Below, piece after piece: positions 1-7,740 of a stretch of DNA of 20,513 nucleotides (the stretch's first letter is position 1; each line of letters begins with the position of its first letter). This stretch comes from Myxococcales bacterium (lineage in GTDB: Bacteria; Myxococcota_A; Polyangia; Nannocystales; Nannocystaceae): the NCBI GenBank assembly GCA_031404295.1, contig JANNHJ010000361.1, positions 1 to 20,513 of the forward strand. Reading direction: 5' to 3'. Made by a program: the position numbers and the translations under genes. The notes below the pieces were generated by a model that worked only from the letters and a program-made list of their open reading frames with translations, ran no database searches and was not told where the DNA came from.

Positions 1-1692
1 CCAACCGAAGTCGATGACTTCGGCGACATCGATTTCGACGAGGAGCCCGCCGCGGCAGCACCACCGCCGCCGCCACCACCCGCCAACAAGGCCGGCAAGA
101 CCAAGGGCGACACGATCGATCTGGGCGAGGAGACCGACGCCGCGTTCGCAGCCCTGACCTTCGATGACGACGACGAGATGCCGCTCGAGCCCGAGCCCGC
201 GACCGAGCCTGTGCCGCCGGAGGCCGAGCCTGAGCCCGAAGTGGTCCCTGAGCCTGAGCCCGAAGTGGTCCCTGAGCCTGAGCCAGAGCCTGAGCCAGAG
301 CCAGCTCCCGCGGTCAACGAGCTCGAGGTCGCGCTGACCCCCGAGACGCGCGAGGCCGAGGCGCCCGAGCCGGTCGACCACGAGAACTCGGGCGATCGCC
401 TGTCGGGCCGGCGCGAGCTGCTGCGGCTGCGCTCGGAGCTCAACAAAAAGGACCGCGAGCTGCTCTCGCTCCGCAACGAACTCGAGCAGCGCGAACGGGC
501 GATCCTCGACGCCAAGCAAAAGAACCGGCAGCTCGAGGAGACCGCCAGCGAGGCCGAATCACGCGCCCTGGCCCTCGAAGAACAGGTCATCTCGGCCCAG
601 GAAGAGGCCGATGCGGCGACCCGCAACACCGAGACCCAGCGCAAGCGCGAAGAAGGGTTCAAGACCCGTCTCGATGCCGCGCAAAAGAAGACCAAAGAGC
701 TCGAGACCCAACTCGACGCCGCCGACAAGCAGGTCGCCGAGCTGAGCGGTCAAACCAGCGCGCTGGAGGCCAAGTTCGAACTCGCTCAGCAGCAGTTGAG
801 CCAGCGCGACGAGCAGGCGGTCGAGGCCGAGCAAGAGCGCGACACCCTGGCCGGTGAGCTCAACGAGTTCAAGGCTGCTGCCGAGGCCGCGGGTGGCAAG
901 CTCGCGGCGGCCGAAGCCGCGCGCCAAGCAGTCGAAGCTCGGTTGGCGATCGTCGAGGGCCAGCAGCGCGCGCTCGAGGCTGATCAGGGTGACGTTCAGA
1001 CCAAGCTGAGCGAGACCCAGGCCACGCTGAGCGAGGCTCGGACCAAACTGGCCGAGACCGAGTCCAGGTTGAGCGAGACCGAAACCACGCTCGCCGAGAC
1101 CCAGGCCAAGCTGGCCGAGACCGAGACCACGCTCGCCGAGACCAAGACCAAACTGGCCGAGACCGAGACCAGCTCGAGCGAAGCGCAGGCCAAGTTGGCC
1201 GAGGCCGAGCTGCGTGGGCAGTCGCTGACCAGCGAGCTCGCGCTGCTGGGCACTGCCAAGCAAGCGGTTCAACAGCAGCTCGGCGAGCTCGAACAGACCA
1301 GCCAGGCCAACGCGACCCAGCACGACCTCAAGGTTGCGGAGCTCGAGGAAAAGCTGGCCAGTCAAGCCGAGGACTTGCAGTCCGAGCTCGAGTTCCTCGA
1401 GAAGCAGGCCGACCAATTGCGCGGGCAGTTGACCGAGGCGAGCCAGGCGGCCACGACCGCGGCGGAGTCTGCCGAGTCCGAGCGCAAGGTCCTGGAGGTC
1501 GAGCTGGCCAGCGCTCGCGAGGCGAGCCAAACCGCTCAGGTCGAGACCCAGGCTCTGCGCGAGCGCTTCGAACACAGCCTCACCGATCTCGAGGCCCGCC
1601 AGCAGGAGCTCGAGAGCCAGTTGGCCGCTCGCAGCGACGCCGCTCGGCGAGCCCAGCAGGCGCTGGCCGTGGCCCTGAAAGTTTTGGAGTGA
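1..1692 (+). CDS. Coiled-coil protein, 5'-partial (the frame is open to the window edge). It has an acidic Pro/Glu-rich (PEPEPEVVP) N-terminal linker, then about 400 aa of Ala/Glu/Gln/Leu-rich heptad coiled coil that includes LAETETT heptad tandem repeats.
   Basis: The frame is open from base 1 to TGA 1690-1692. GC3 is strongly high in this frame. The heptad periodicity and EPEP repeats are visible in the translation. The antisense 558-aa ORF is Arg/Gly-rich junk. No family assignment is possible without a search. Confidence 0.8.
   Translation, partial: PTEVDDFGDIDFDEEPAAAAPPPPPPPANKAGKTKGDTIDLGEETDAAFAALTFDDDDEMPLEPEPATEPVPPEAEPEPEVVPEPEPEVVPEPEPEPEPEPAPAVNELEVALTPETREAEAPEPVDHENSGDRLSGRRELLRLRSELNKKDRELLSLRNELEQRERAILDAKQKNRQLEETASEAESRALALEEQVISAQEEADAATRNTETQRKREEGFKTRLDAAQKKTKELETQLDAADKQVAELSGQTSALEAKFELAQQQLSQRDEQAVEAEQERDTLAGELNEFKAAAEAAGGKLAAAEAARQAVEARLAIVEGQQRALEADQGDVQTKLSETQATLSEARTKLAETESRLSETETTLAETQAKLAETETTLAETKTKLAETETSSSEAQAKLAEAELRGQSLTSELALLGTAKQAVQQQLGELEQTSQANATQHDLKVAELEEKLASQAEDLQSELEFLEKQADQLRGQLTEASQAATTAAESAESERKVLEVELASAREASQTAQVETQALRERFEHSLTDLEARQQELESQLAARSDAARRAQQALAVALKVLE
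226..306 (+). repeat. Perfect 24-nt tandem duplication (gagcctgagcccgaagtggtccct, copies at 226-249 and 250-273, encoding EPEPEVVP), followed by gagcc(t/a) hexamer repeats (EP)n.
   Basis: Read directly from the sequence. The two copies are identical at the nucleotide level. Confidence 0.9.
1006..1215 (+). repeat. About eight to ten tandem 21-nt (heptad) repeats encoding L-(S/A)-E-T-x-x-x units (TLSEARTK / LAETESR / LSETETT / LAETQAK / LAETETT / LAETKTK / LAETETS ...) inside the coiled-coil gene.
   Basis: The 21-nt periodicity of ctggccgagaccgagaccacg-like units is visible in the sequence. It degenerates toward 1215. Confidence 0.8.
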
Positions 1693-1707
1693 TCCCGCTC
1701 GGCGCGG

Positions 1708-1924
1708 GTGACCTCGATTCGATCTCTGATGACTGACGTCGTTCACGGCGAGACCTCCAGCCTCAAGCCCAGTCAAGCCAAAGCCCTGGCTCGGCTGGCC
1801 GAACGGGGAGTTCCGGCCGATCGATTGATCAGCCCTCCGCTCGCCCGCGACCTGCTCGAGCTCTCGCACGAGCTCAACCGCCGGATCGGCTTGTTCATCG
1901 ATCGGCGGGGGGCGGATCAGTCGG
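1708..1924 (+). CDS. Frame-1 coding segment (MTDVVHGETSSLKPSQAKALARLAERGVPADRLISPPLARDLLELSHELNRRIGLFIDRRG). It most likely is the N-terminal extension of the downstream HflX gene, and it falls out of frame at the G6 run 1909-1914. ATG 1729 is an alternative start to GTG 1708.
   Basis: GC3 is high in frame 1 up to about 1920 and then collapses. The frame-1 translation turns into Arg/Pro-rich junk after 1921 and has no stop until 2292. Frame 2 becomes protein-like and high-GC3 from about 1916. Confidence 0.4.
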
Positions 1925-3511
1925 GTGATCCTCGGCGATGCGCACAGCCTCGAGCTGCCCGAGTTCGATCGCGTGCGCGGTGTCGATGGTCGTCTGCGCG
2001 GCATCCGGCTGGTCTCGACCCACTTGGTCGCCGAGGGCCTCGACCGCGAAGAGCTGGCCGACCTCGCCAAGCTGCGCCTCGACCTGATCGCAACCGTCCA
2101 CGACAGCCCGGGCGGCGTGCAGGTCGACATGGCCACGCTGAGCCCAGGCCGGCCCGGCCGCGGAGGGGGATTCGAGCTGCGGACCTTCGCCCGTGCATCT
2201 TTGGCTCTGTTCTCGCCCGATGCTGGCGGCCGCAATCAAGCCGAACATCCCCGACCCGATCTACCCAGCGACCTGATCGCGTTCTTGCGTGATCTCGAGA
2301 GCCAGTTGGTGACCGCGACCGAGGCCGCTCGGGCCGAGGGCCAGGGCACGAGGGCGATGGTCCTGCAAGTTCACACCGATGCGATGAATCGGCAGGGCGG
2401 CGTCGAAGCTCGGCAAGCCGAGCTCGGCGAGCTGTGTCGAACCGCTGGCGTGCACATGGTCGATCTGATCGTCCAGCGCCGAAAGCTGCCCGACCCACGC
2501 ACGTTCTTGGGCTCTGGCAAGCTGCGCGAGGTGTTGGTCAAGGCGCTCGAGCAAGACGTCGAGCTGTTGATCTGCGACCCCGAGCTGAGTGCGTCGCAGG
2601 CCCGCGAGATCAGCGAGCAAACCGATCTGCGAGTCATCGATCGGACCATGTTGATCCTCGACATCTTCGCCCAGCACGCCAGCAGCAGCGACGGCAAGCT
2701 GCAGGTCGAGCTGGCTCAGCTGCGCTATCGCCTGCCGCGGATGGCCGGCAAGGGCACGATGATGTCGCGCCTCGCCGGTGGGATCGGCGGCCGCGGGCCC
2801 GGCGAGACCAAGCTCGAGGTCGATCGTCGACGGGCCAAGGAGCGGATCGGCGAGCTCGAAAACCGACTCGAACAGCTCGGCCGACAACGCGATCAACGTC
2901 GCGCTGCCCGCCGCAAGACCGAGGTCCCGGTCGTCGCGATCGTCGGCTACACCAACGCCGGCAAGAGCACGCTGCTCAACACCGTGACCAATTCCTCCGT
3001 TCGGGCCGAGGACAAGCTGTTTGCGACCCTCGACCCGACCGTTCGCCGAGTCCGGTTTCCGCACGATCGCGAGATTGTCTTGCTCGATACGGTTGGGTTC
3101 ATCCGCGACTTGCCACCCGCGCTGCGCCAGGCGTTTGCGGCCACGCTCGAAGAGATCGCCGACGCCGATCTGCTCTTGCACATCGTCGACGCGACCGACC
3201 CCGATGGCGCCCAACAGATCGCGACGGTCGAGGCCATCCTCGCCGAGCTCGGGGCCGGCGGCGTCGAGCGCTTCATGGTGTTCAACAAGTGCGATCGCTT
3301 GCCGGCCGAGCAGCAGCTCGACCCCGAGACTCTGCCGACCAACCATTTTCAGATCAGCGCGCTCGATCGGCGAAGCACTCGGCGGTTGATGGACGCGATC
3401 GAGCGTCACCTGTGGGTGCGCGGCAAGGTCGAGCGCGGCCCGGCCGGGCCGCTGAAGGTCGAGGCGGGCGAGCTCGCGTTGGCGCCCGAACCCGGATCTG
3501 CGGACGAGTAG
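1925..3511 (+). CDS. hflX: GTPase HflX. Its N-terminal and middle domains contain LQVELAQLRYRLPR and GGIGGRGPGETKLEVDRR. The G domain carries a P-loop GYTNAGKST, a switch II DTVGF and an NKCD motif. The canonical HflX core starts near 2356 (MVLQVHTD). Another roughly 210 aa of protein-like sequence lies upstream, partly in another frame (see feature 1708..1924).
   Basis: Hallmark HflX motifs are read from the ORF translation. GC3 is high. The TAG stop is at 3509-3511. The coordinate 1925 is a GTG, which is the ORF-finder start and not necessarily the true start. Confidence 0.9.
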   Translation: MILGDAHSLELPEFDRVRGVDGRLRGIRLVSTHLVAEGLDREELADLAKLRLDLIATVHDSPGGVQVDMATLSPGRPGRGGGFELRTFARASLALFSPDAGGRNQAEHPRPDLPSDLIAFLRDLESQLVTATEAARAEGQGTRAMVLQVHTDAMNRQGGVEARQAELGELCRTAGVHMVDLIVQRRKLPDPRTFLGSGKLREVLVKALEQDVELLICDPELSASQAREISEQTDLRVIDRTMLILDIFAQHASSSDGKLQVELAQLRYRLPRMAGKGTMMSRLAGGIGGRGPGETKLEVDRRRAKERIGELENRLEQLGRQRDQRRAARRKTEVPVVAIVGYTNAGKSTLLNTVTNSSVRAEDKLFATLDPTVRRVRFPHDREIVLLDTVGFIRDLPPALRQAFAATLEEIADADLLLHIVDATDPDGAQQIATVEAILAELGAGGVERFMVFNKCDRLPAEQQLDPETLPTNHFQISALDRRSTRRLMDAIERHLWVRGKVERGPAGPLKVEAGELALAPEPGSADE

Positions 3512-3882
3512 GCGAGCAAGCGGAGCGTCGCGGCAGCGAGCGCCGCGATGACTTCGTCGTCGTCACCGAGCGCGCCCGGGACCAGCGTGATCTCGACATC
3601 CACGAACCTCGCGCGGGCCGCCTCGACCGCCTCGGGGATGTCGTGTTTGACATGTCGGCCGCCGGGCGAGAGCAGGGCCGACACGACGACGATCTTGCGA
3701 TGTCCGGCCTCGTGCAGCAGGGCGACGGCGTCGGCGAGCCTGGGCTCATGCGCGAGGTAGGCGAGCGCGACCGCATCCGCGCCGCGCTCGGCCGCGAGCC
3801 GAGCCTCGAGCTGTTCGAGCGGCCGTCGCCAGTCGGGATCGGGCGAGCCGTGGGCGATCAACACCAGCGCCGAGCCAGTCAT
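3406..3882 (-). CDS. CbiX-like (SirB/CbiX small-form) sirohydrochlorin chelatase-family protein, about 158 aa. Its start ATG 3882-3880 overlaps the serA stop (ATGA). Its last roughly 35 codons form a low-complexity tail that overlaps the hflX 3' end.
   Basis: The translation MTGSALVLIAHGSPDPDW...VVVSALLSPGGRHVKHDIPEAVEAARARF matches the CbiX signature motifs (HGS-x-DP; G-x-H-V-K-x-D-IP). The region 3512-3882 codes only on this strand and has high GC3. The tail 3406-3511 shares wobble positions with hflX, so GC3 cannot tell the two apart there. Confidence 0.65.
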   Translation of the reverse strand: MTGSALVLIAHGSPDPDWRRPLEQLEARLAAERGADAVALAYLAHEPRLADAVALLHEAGHRKIVVVSALLSPGGRHVKHDIPEAVEAARARFVDVEITLVPGALGDDDEVIAALAAATLRLLAYSSADPGSGANASSPASTFSGPAGPRSTLPRTHR

Positions 3883-5084
3883 CGTGACCGCAAGTCGACG
3901 GCCAGCACGTTGGCGTCGCGGCGAATCTCGTCGAGCAGCTCGGCACTGGGCTCGTTCTCGAGCACGATCGTCGCCGACGCGGCTCCCTCGGCGCCCTTGA
4001 ACACCACGTTGCTCATCTCCTGGACGTTGATCCGAGCCCGACGCAGAGCATCGAGCACGCCCGCGAGCACGCCAACGCGATCGAGGTGGCGAACGACGAG
4101 GTTGTAGAGCCCGGTCCGATCGGTGACGAGGTTGACGACGTTGGGCACCGAGCCGCGCTCGCCGAACTCCCGAATGATGCGGGCGGTCTCGGTTGCGATC
4201 GCCTCGCTGGCCTGCTCGGTCGAGGCCCCGACGTGCGGAGTCATGTAGATGCCCTCGACCCCGCGCAGGCCCAACTCGAAGCGAGCCGTCCCGGCGTCGG
4301 GTTCGCCCTCGAACACGTCGAGCCCAGCCCGGACGTGGCCGGCCTTCACGGCCTCGGTCAGCGCCGCATCGTCGACGACCCCGCCGCGCGAGGTGTGGAT
4401 CAGCAGGGCGCCCTTCTTCATCAGGCCGAGCTCGCGCGCGCCGATCAGATGGCGGGTGCTCTCGCGGTAGGGCACGTGCACGCTGATCACGTCGCAACTC
4501 GGCAGCAGCTCATCGAGGCTGGCGGCGACCTCGAGCTTGCGGGCGGCGGCGTACTGGGCATCGATGAAGGGATCGAACACGGCCACCCGCATGCCGAAGG
4601 CGCGAGCCCGACTGGCGACCTCGCGGCCGATCGCTCCGAACCCGACCAAGCCGAGCCGCCGGCCGTAGATGCCCTCGGCCTTGCTGTACTTCTTCTTGTT
4701 CCACGAGCCCGCGGCCAGCTCGGCCGTCGCCTCGCAGATCCGCCGGTCGAGCGCGAGGATCAAGCCCATCGCCAGCTCGGCGACCGCGATCGCGTTTTTG
4801 CCCGGGCAGTTGGACACGAACACACCCCGCCGACTCGCGGCTTCGAGATCGATCGTGTTGACACCCGCGCCAGCCCGGATGACCAGCGAGAGTCGATCGG
4901 CGGCCGCAAACGCGGCCTCGCGAACCTCGGTCGAGCGGACGACCAAAACCTCGGGCCGCTCCTCGGCCAACAAGGCCGGCAGCGCGTCGGCACTGACGTC
5001 GGGGTTGTAGACGATGGGGTGGCCAAGCTGCTCGATGGCGGCCAGACCGGCGGTCGAGAACTTGTCGGCGATCAGGATTCGCAT
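3879..5084 (-). CDS. serA: D-3-phosphoglycerate dehydrogenase (2-hydroxyacid dehydrogenase fold plus a C-terminal ACT-like regulatory domain), about 401 aa. The likely start is ATG 5084 (MRILIADKF). The ORF-finder start at 5156 adds 24 implausible residues.
   Basis: The NAD-binding motif GLVGFGAIGREVA, the catalytic-region RGGVVDD and the overall SerA-like order are read from the translation. The stop TGA is at 3881-3879. Confidence 0.9.
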   Translation of the reverse strand: MRILIADKFSTAGLAAIEQLGHPIVYNPDVSADALPALLAEERPEVLVVRSTEVREAAFAAADRLSLVIRAGAGVNTIDLEAASRRGVFVSNCPGKNAIAVAELAMGLILALDRRICEATAELAAGSWNKKKYSKAEGIYGRRLGLVGFGAIGREVASRARAFGMRVAVFDPFIDAQYAAARKLEVAASLDELLPSCDVISVHVPYRESTRHLIGARELGLMKKGALLIHTSRGGVVDDAALTEAVKAGHVRAGLDVFEGEPDAGTARFELGLRGVEGIYMTPHVGASTEQASEAIATETARIIREFGERGSVPNVVNLVTDRTGLYNLVVRHLDRVGVLAGVLDALRRARINVQEMSNVVFKGAEGAASATIVLENEPSAELLDEIRRDANVLAVDLRSR

Positions 5085-5085
5085 C

Positions 5086-5107
5086 GGCTCTAGGTACCAC
5101 GAGAGCC
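5086..5107. promoter_or_regulatory. Inverted repeat GGCTCT-(aggtaccacg)-AGAGCC abutting the serA start codon in the divergent serA/lipoprotein intergenic region.
   Basis: Read directly from the sequence. It has a 6-bp stem and a 10-nt loop containing the GGTACC palindrome. Confidence 0.2.
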
Positions 5108-5159
5108 CCCGCCGAGTCTTCGCTAGCCAATCTCCGCGCAGATCGGTATCACCCAATCG

Positions 5160-7280
5160 ATGTCCGCTCTCGGCCGACCCTGGCTCGCCGTGCTGGCGCT
5201 CGCGTTCGTGCTCGCGTGCGGGGGCGGACGTGGAGCGACGGATCCGGGCTCGCCCGAGCTCGAGGCCGCGACCGAGAGTGCGAAATCGGCTGCCGAGTCG
5301 GACGACGGGTCGGACCCGCCCGCCCGCGCGAGCCTCGATGTCTTCATGGCTGGCTTCGCTCGCGAACCGGCACCGCCGAGCGAACTGCCGACCCCCGAAC
5401 AGGCCGGCAGTTGTCCAGCGACCAAGGACCGCGACCGCGACCTAGGCATCTTGATCTCGCCGCTGCATCCCGCCAAAGGCCAAGAAGTTCGAGTGATCGC
5501 AGCCACGCTGGTCGGCGAAGACGCGCTCGCTGTGCGGATCGAACGAGACGGCCAAGCGATCCCCGTCGAGGTCGTCCATCGGCTCGGCGTGCCGGCGGCG
5601 ACCATCGCCCGGTTCGAGCCGAGCGAGAGCGGCAAGTTCGAGGTCGTGGTCGGCCGGGCCGGCAAGGGCATGCGCTGCTCGAGCTTCACGGTTCGCAACG
5701 GACGGTTCCGCGACGAGAGCCTGGCCGACATGACCCGAGTCTGGCCGGTCGAGCGCAACTGGGATCGCCAAGAAGAGGCGCTCTACAGCGCCTGGCTGCG
5801 CGAGCTGTTCGCGGGGCCTGCCGACCGAGATCTCGCGTGGAAGTCGTTGACCGAGGTCACGAGCGACCGCCAGCGCAACTTGCTGCACGACCACCTTGGT
5901 CGAGCCGAGGACGACCCGACGCTCGGCATGCAGCTCGCGCCCGACTGCGCCGACACCCCCTACTTTCTGCGGGCCTACTTCGCCTTCAAGCGCGGGCTGC
6001 CGTTCGGGTTTCGTCGGTGCTCGCGCGGCAAAGGCAAGCCGCCGAGCTGCTTCGATCTGCGCACCAACGAGAGTCCGCCGGATCTCAAGCCAACTTGGAT
6101 CGATCCGGTCGCGCCGGTCCTGCCCATGCACACCGCCATGGTCGAGCACTTCTTTCGCAAGACCGTCGGCTGGGGGGTCCACACCGGCAACGGTCGAACT
6201 GGCTTTGGCGACTCGCAGAGCGACCTCTATCCGGTCGCGCTCGACCGTCGTGGCCTGCGACCGGGCATCGTCTACGCCGATCCTTATGGCCACATCTTGG
6301 TTCTGGTCGAGCTGGTCGAGGCCCGCGGCACCAAGCCAGGCATCCTGTTCGCCATTGATGGCCAACCCGACGCCTCGATCACCCGCAAGCGGTTTTGGGA
6401 GGGCAATTTTTTGTGGAACCAAGCCGACCCGACCCTCGGCGGGAGCGGGTTCAAGGCATTTCGACCGATCACGCCGATCGGCGCTGGCGAGACGCTGACG
6501 TGGGTGCAGGCCAGCGACGAGACCCTCGCCAAGCTGCGCGACTACGGCGACGTCTCGATGGAGCAGCGTGAGCTGACCCCGCTCGACTTTTACGATCGCA
6601 TGGAACGGCTGATCACCCCCGGAGTGCGGAGCCCCTTCGCCGCCCAAGAAGAAGCGGTCGACGCCCTGGCCGAGGCGGTCCGCGTGCGGGTGACCTCGAT
6701 CGGCAACGGGCTCGAGTGGCAGGCCAAACATCCCAAGGACATCGCCGAGATGCCGTGGGGGCACCAAGTGTTCGAGACCAGCGGTGCGTGGGAGGACTAT
6801 TCGACCCCGGCCCGTGACTTGCGCTTGCTGATCGCCATGGATGTGGTCCAGGGTTTCGAGGCCAAGCTCCGCCGCAACCCCGAGGCCTTCGGGGTCACGA
6901 ACGATCCGGCTGTGCTCGAGCAGACCGCGACCTACTTGGCCGAGCAGCGCGGCTTGCTGCTGGCCGATCCCGCTCGGGCGATCGAGTACAAACGCTCGGA
7001 CGGCAGCACCTGGACTCTGCACTTGGACGAGATCCTCGCTCGCGCCGAGGCCTTCGAGTCGGCCTACAACCCCAACGACTGCCCCGAGGTTCGCTGGGGA
7101 GCTCCGCAAGCCAGCGACGAGCGCTCGACATGTCGACGCCACGCGCCGGACGACCAGCAAGCCAAAATGCGCGTCTACCGAGTCTGGTTTGCCGAACGGC
7201 GACGGCCGGGGCGGGGCGACATGGGCCCAGACGTGCCGGAGCTAGCCGGGCTTGCGCGGGTCGCCGACGAGCAAGACTGA
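5160..7280 (+). CDS. Large predicted lipoprotein (706 aa) of unknown function. It has a signal peptide with a lipobox (FVLAC-GGG), an acidic linker, and then about 600 aa globular region(s).
   Basis: The N-terminal h-region plus L-A-C lipobox and high GC3 throughout support the call. A speculative Cys...His...Asp arrangement is present (DCADTPYFLRAYFAFKRGLPFGF ... YADPYGHILVLVEL ... ILFAIDGQPD). Confidence 0.8.
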   Translation: MSALGRPWLAVLALAFVLACGGGRGATDPGSPELEAATESAKSAAESDDGSDPPARASLDVFMAGFAREPAPPSELPTPEQAGSCPATKDRDRDLGILISPLHPAKGQEVRVIAATLVGEDALAVRIERDGQAIPVEVVHRLGVPAATIARFEPSESGKFEVVVGRAGKGMRCSSFTVRNGRFRDESLADMTRVWPVERNWDRQEEALYSAWLRELFAGPADRDLAWKSLTEVTSDRQRNLLHDHLGRAEDDPTLGMQLAPDCADTPYFLRAYFAFKRGLPFGFRRCSRGKGKPPSCFDLRTNESPPDLKPTWIDPVAPVLPMHTAMVEHFFRKTVGWGVHTGNGRTGFGDSQSDLYPVALDRRGLRPGIVYADPYGHILVLVELVEARGTKPGILFAIDGQPDASITRKRFWEGNFLWNQADPTLGGSGFKAFRPITPIGAGETLTWVQASDETLAKLRDYGDVSMEQRELTPLDFYDRMERLITPGVRSPFAAQEEAVDALAEAVRVRVTSIGNGLEWQAKHPKDIAEMPWGHQVFETSGAWEDYSTPARDLRLLIAMDVVQGFEAKLRRNPEAFGVTNDPAVLEQTATYLAEQRGLLLADPARAIEYKRSDGSTWTLHLDEILARAEAFESAYNPNDCPEVRWGAPQASDERSTCRRHAPDDQQAKMRVYRVWFAERRRPGRGDMGPDVPELAGLARVADEQD

Positions 7281-7392
7281 GCGAGGCTCGGTCTTGATCC
7301 GACCCTTTGGTCCGAAGACCAGCGGGACGGCCGATCGGCCGGGCACCAGAAAACGGGTTAATGAGCGCTACGAAGGGTGTAGACTCCCCCAG

Positions 7393-7740
7393 ATGTCGAC
7401 GACCGAGGGAGCGAGCGACGATCCCAGCGATCGGCGCGACAACCAGCGCTTCGACTACGAGGTCATCGTCCAGGTGACGCGTGGCGACCTCAGCTTTCAG
7501 AGCGTGAGCGAAGACGTGAGCACCGGTGGCATGCGACTGCGCCTCGAGGGCGCGCCGCCACGGGTTGGCGAGCGTCTGCGGGTCGAGTTCAAGCTGCCTT
7601 TGCTCGCCGATCCGATCCGAGCCGAGGCCGAGATTCGCTGGATCGATCGCTCGTCGGTCTCCAGTTGTGGTGTGCAGTTCATGACCGGCCTGCGTGCGCG
7701 CGAGGTCTGGGCGATCAATCGCCTGCACGCGCGGCGGTGA
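7393..7740 (+). CDS. Stand-alone PilZ-domain protein (c-di-GMP receptor), about 115 aa.
   Basis: The RxxxR motif (RRDNQR) is followed about 30 aa later by D-x-S-x-G-G (EDVSTGGMRL) in the translation. The ATG is at 7393 and the stop TGA at 7738-7740. The 162-aa ORF-finder version adds an unlikely N-terminus. Confidence 0.8.
   Translation: MSTTEGASDDPSDRRDNQRFDYEVIVQVTRGDLSFQSVSEDVSTGGMRLRLEGAPPRVGERLRVEFKLPLLADPIRAEAEIRWIDRSSVSSCGVQFMTGLRAREVWAINRLHARR

Noticed and set aside
559-2235. 558-aa minus-strand ORF antisense to the coiled-coil gene, and similar long ORFs: 2434..4107, 3406..4497 N-terminal part, 5442..7160, 6895..7956, 7694..9640, 8736..9872, 9492..10952, 11866..14697, 12266..14539, 15149..16444, 15456..16304, 16964..18049, 17974..19290.
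   Set aside because: Their translations are Arg/Gly/Pro-rich low-complexity sequence with poor GC3. They are the usual stop-codon-poor shadow frames of a ~70% GC genome, and each overlaps a frame with clear protein signal.
1708-2292. 194-aa ORF 1708..2292 taken at face value as a gene.
   Set aside because: Only its first roughly 70 codons are protein-like. The remainder is Arg/Pro-rich junk overlapping the strongly coding hflX frame. It is treated instead as the out-of-frame N-terminal part of hflX.
7298-7328. Inverted repeat GGTCTT...AAGACC after the lipoprotein stop, as a terminator.
   Set aside because: It has a 6-bp stem with a 19-nt loop, imperfect inner pairing, and no U-run.
7365-7392. 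Possible -35/-10 (TTAATG ... TAGACT) just upstream of pilZ, implying a near-leaderless transcript.
   Set aside because: The match to the consensus is weak and the organism's promoter consensus is unknown. It is not supportable from sequence alone.
7665-7739. Longer 5' extension of the membrane-protein ORF (start 7665) and of the pilZ ORF (start 7252).
   Set aside because: The 7665 extension overlaps pilZ coding sequence. The 7252 extension adds non-domain Arg/Pro-rich residues. Internal ATGs at 7740 (TGATG coupling, signal peptide follows) and 7393 give canonical proteins.
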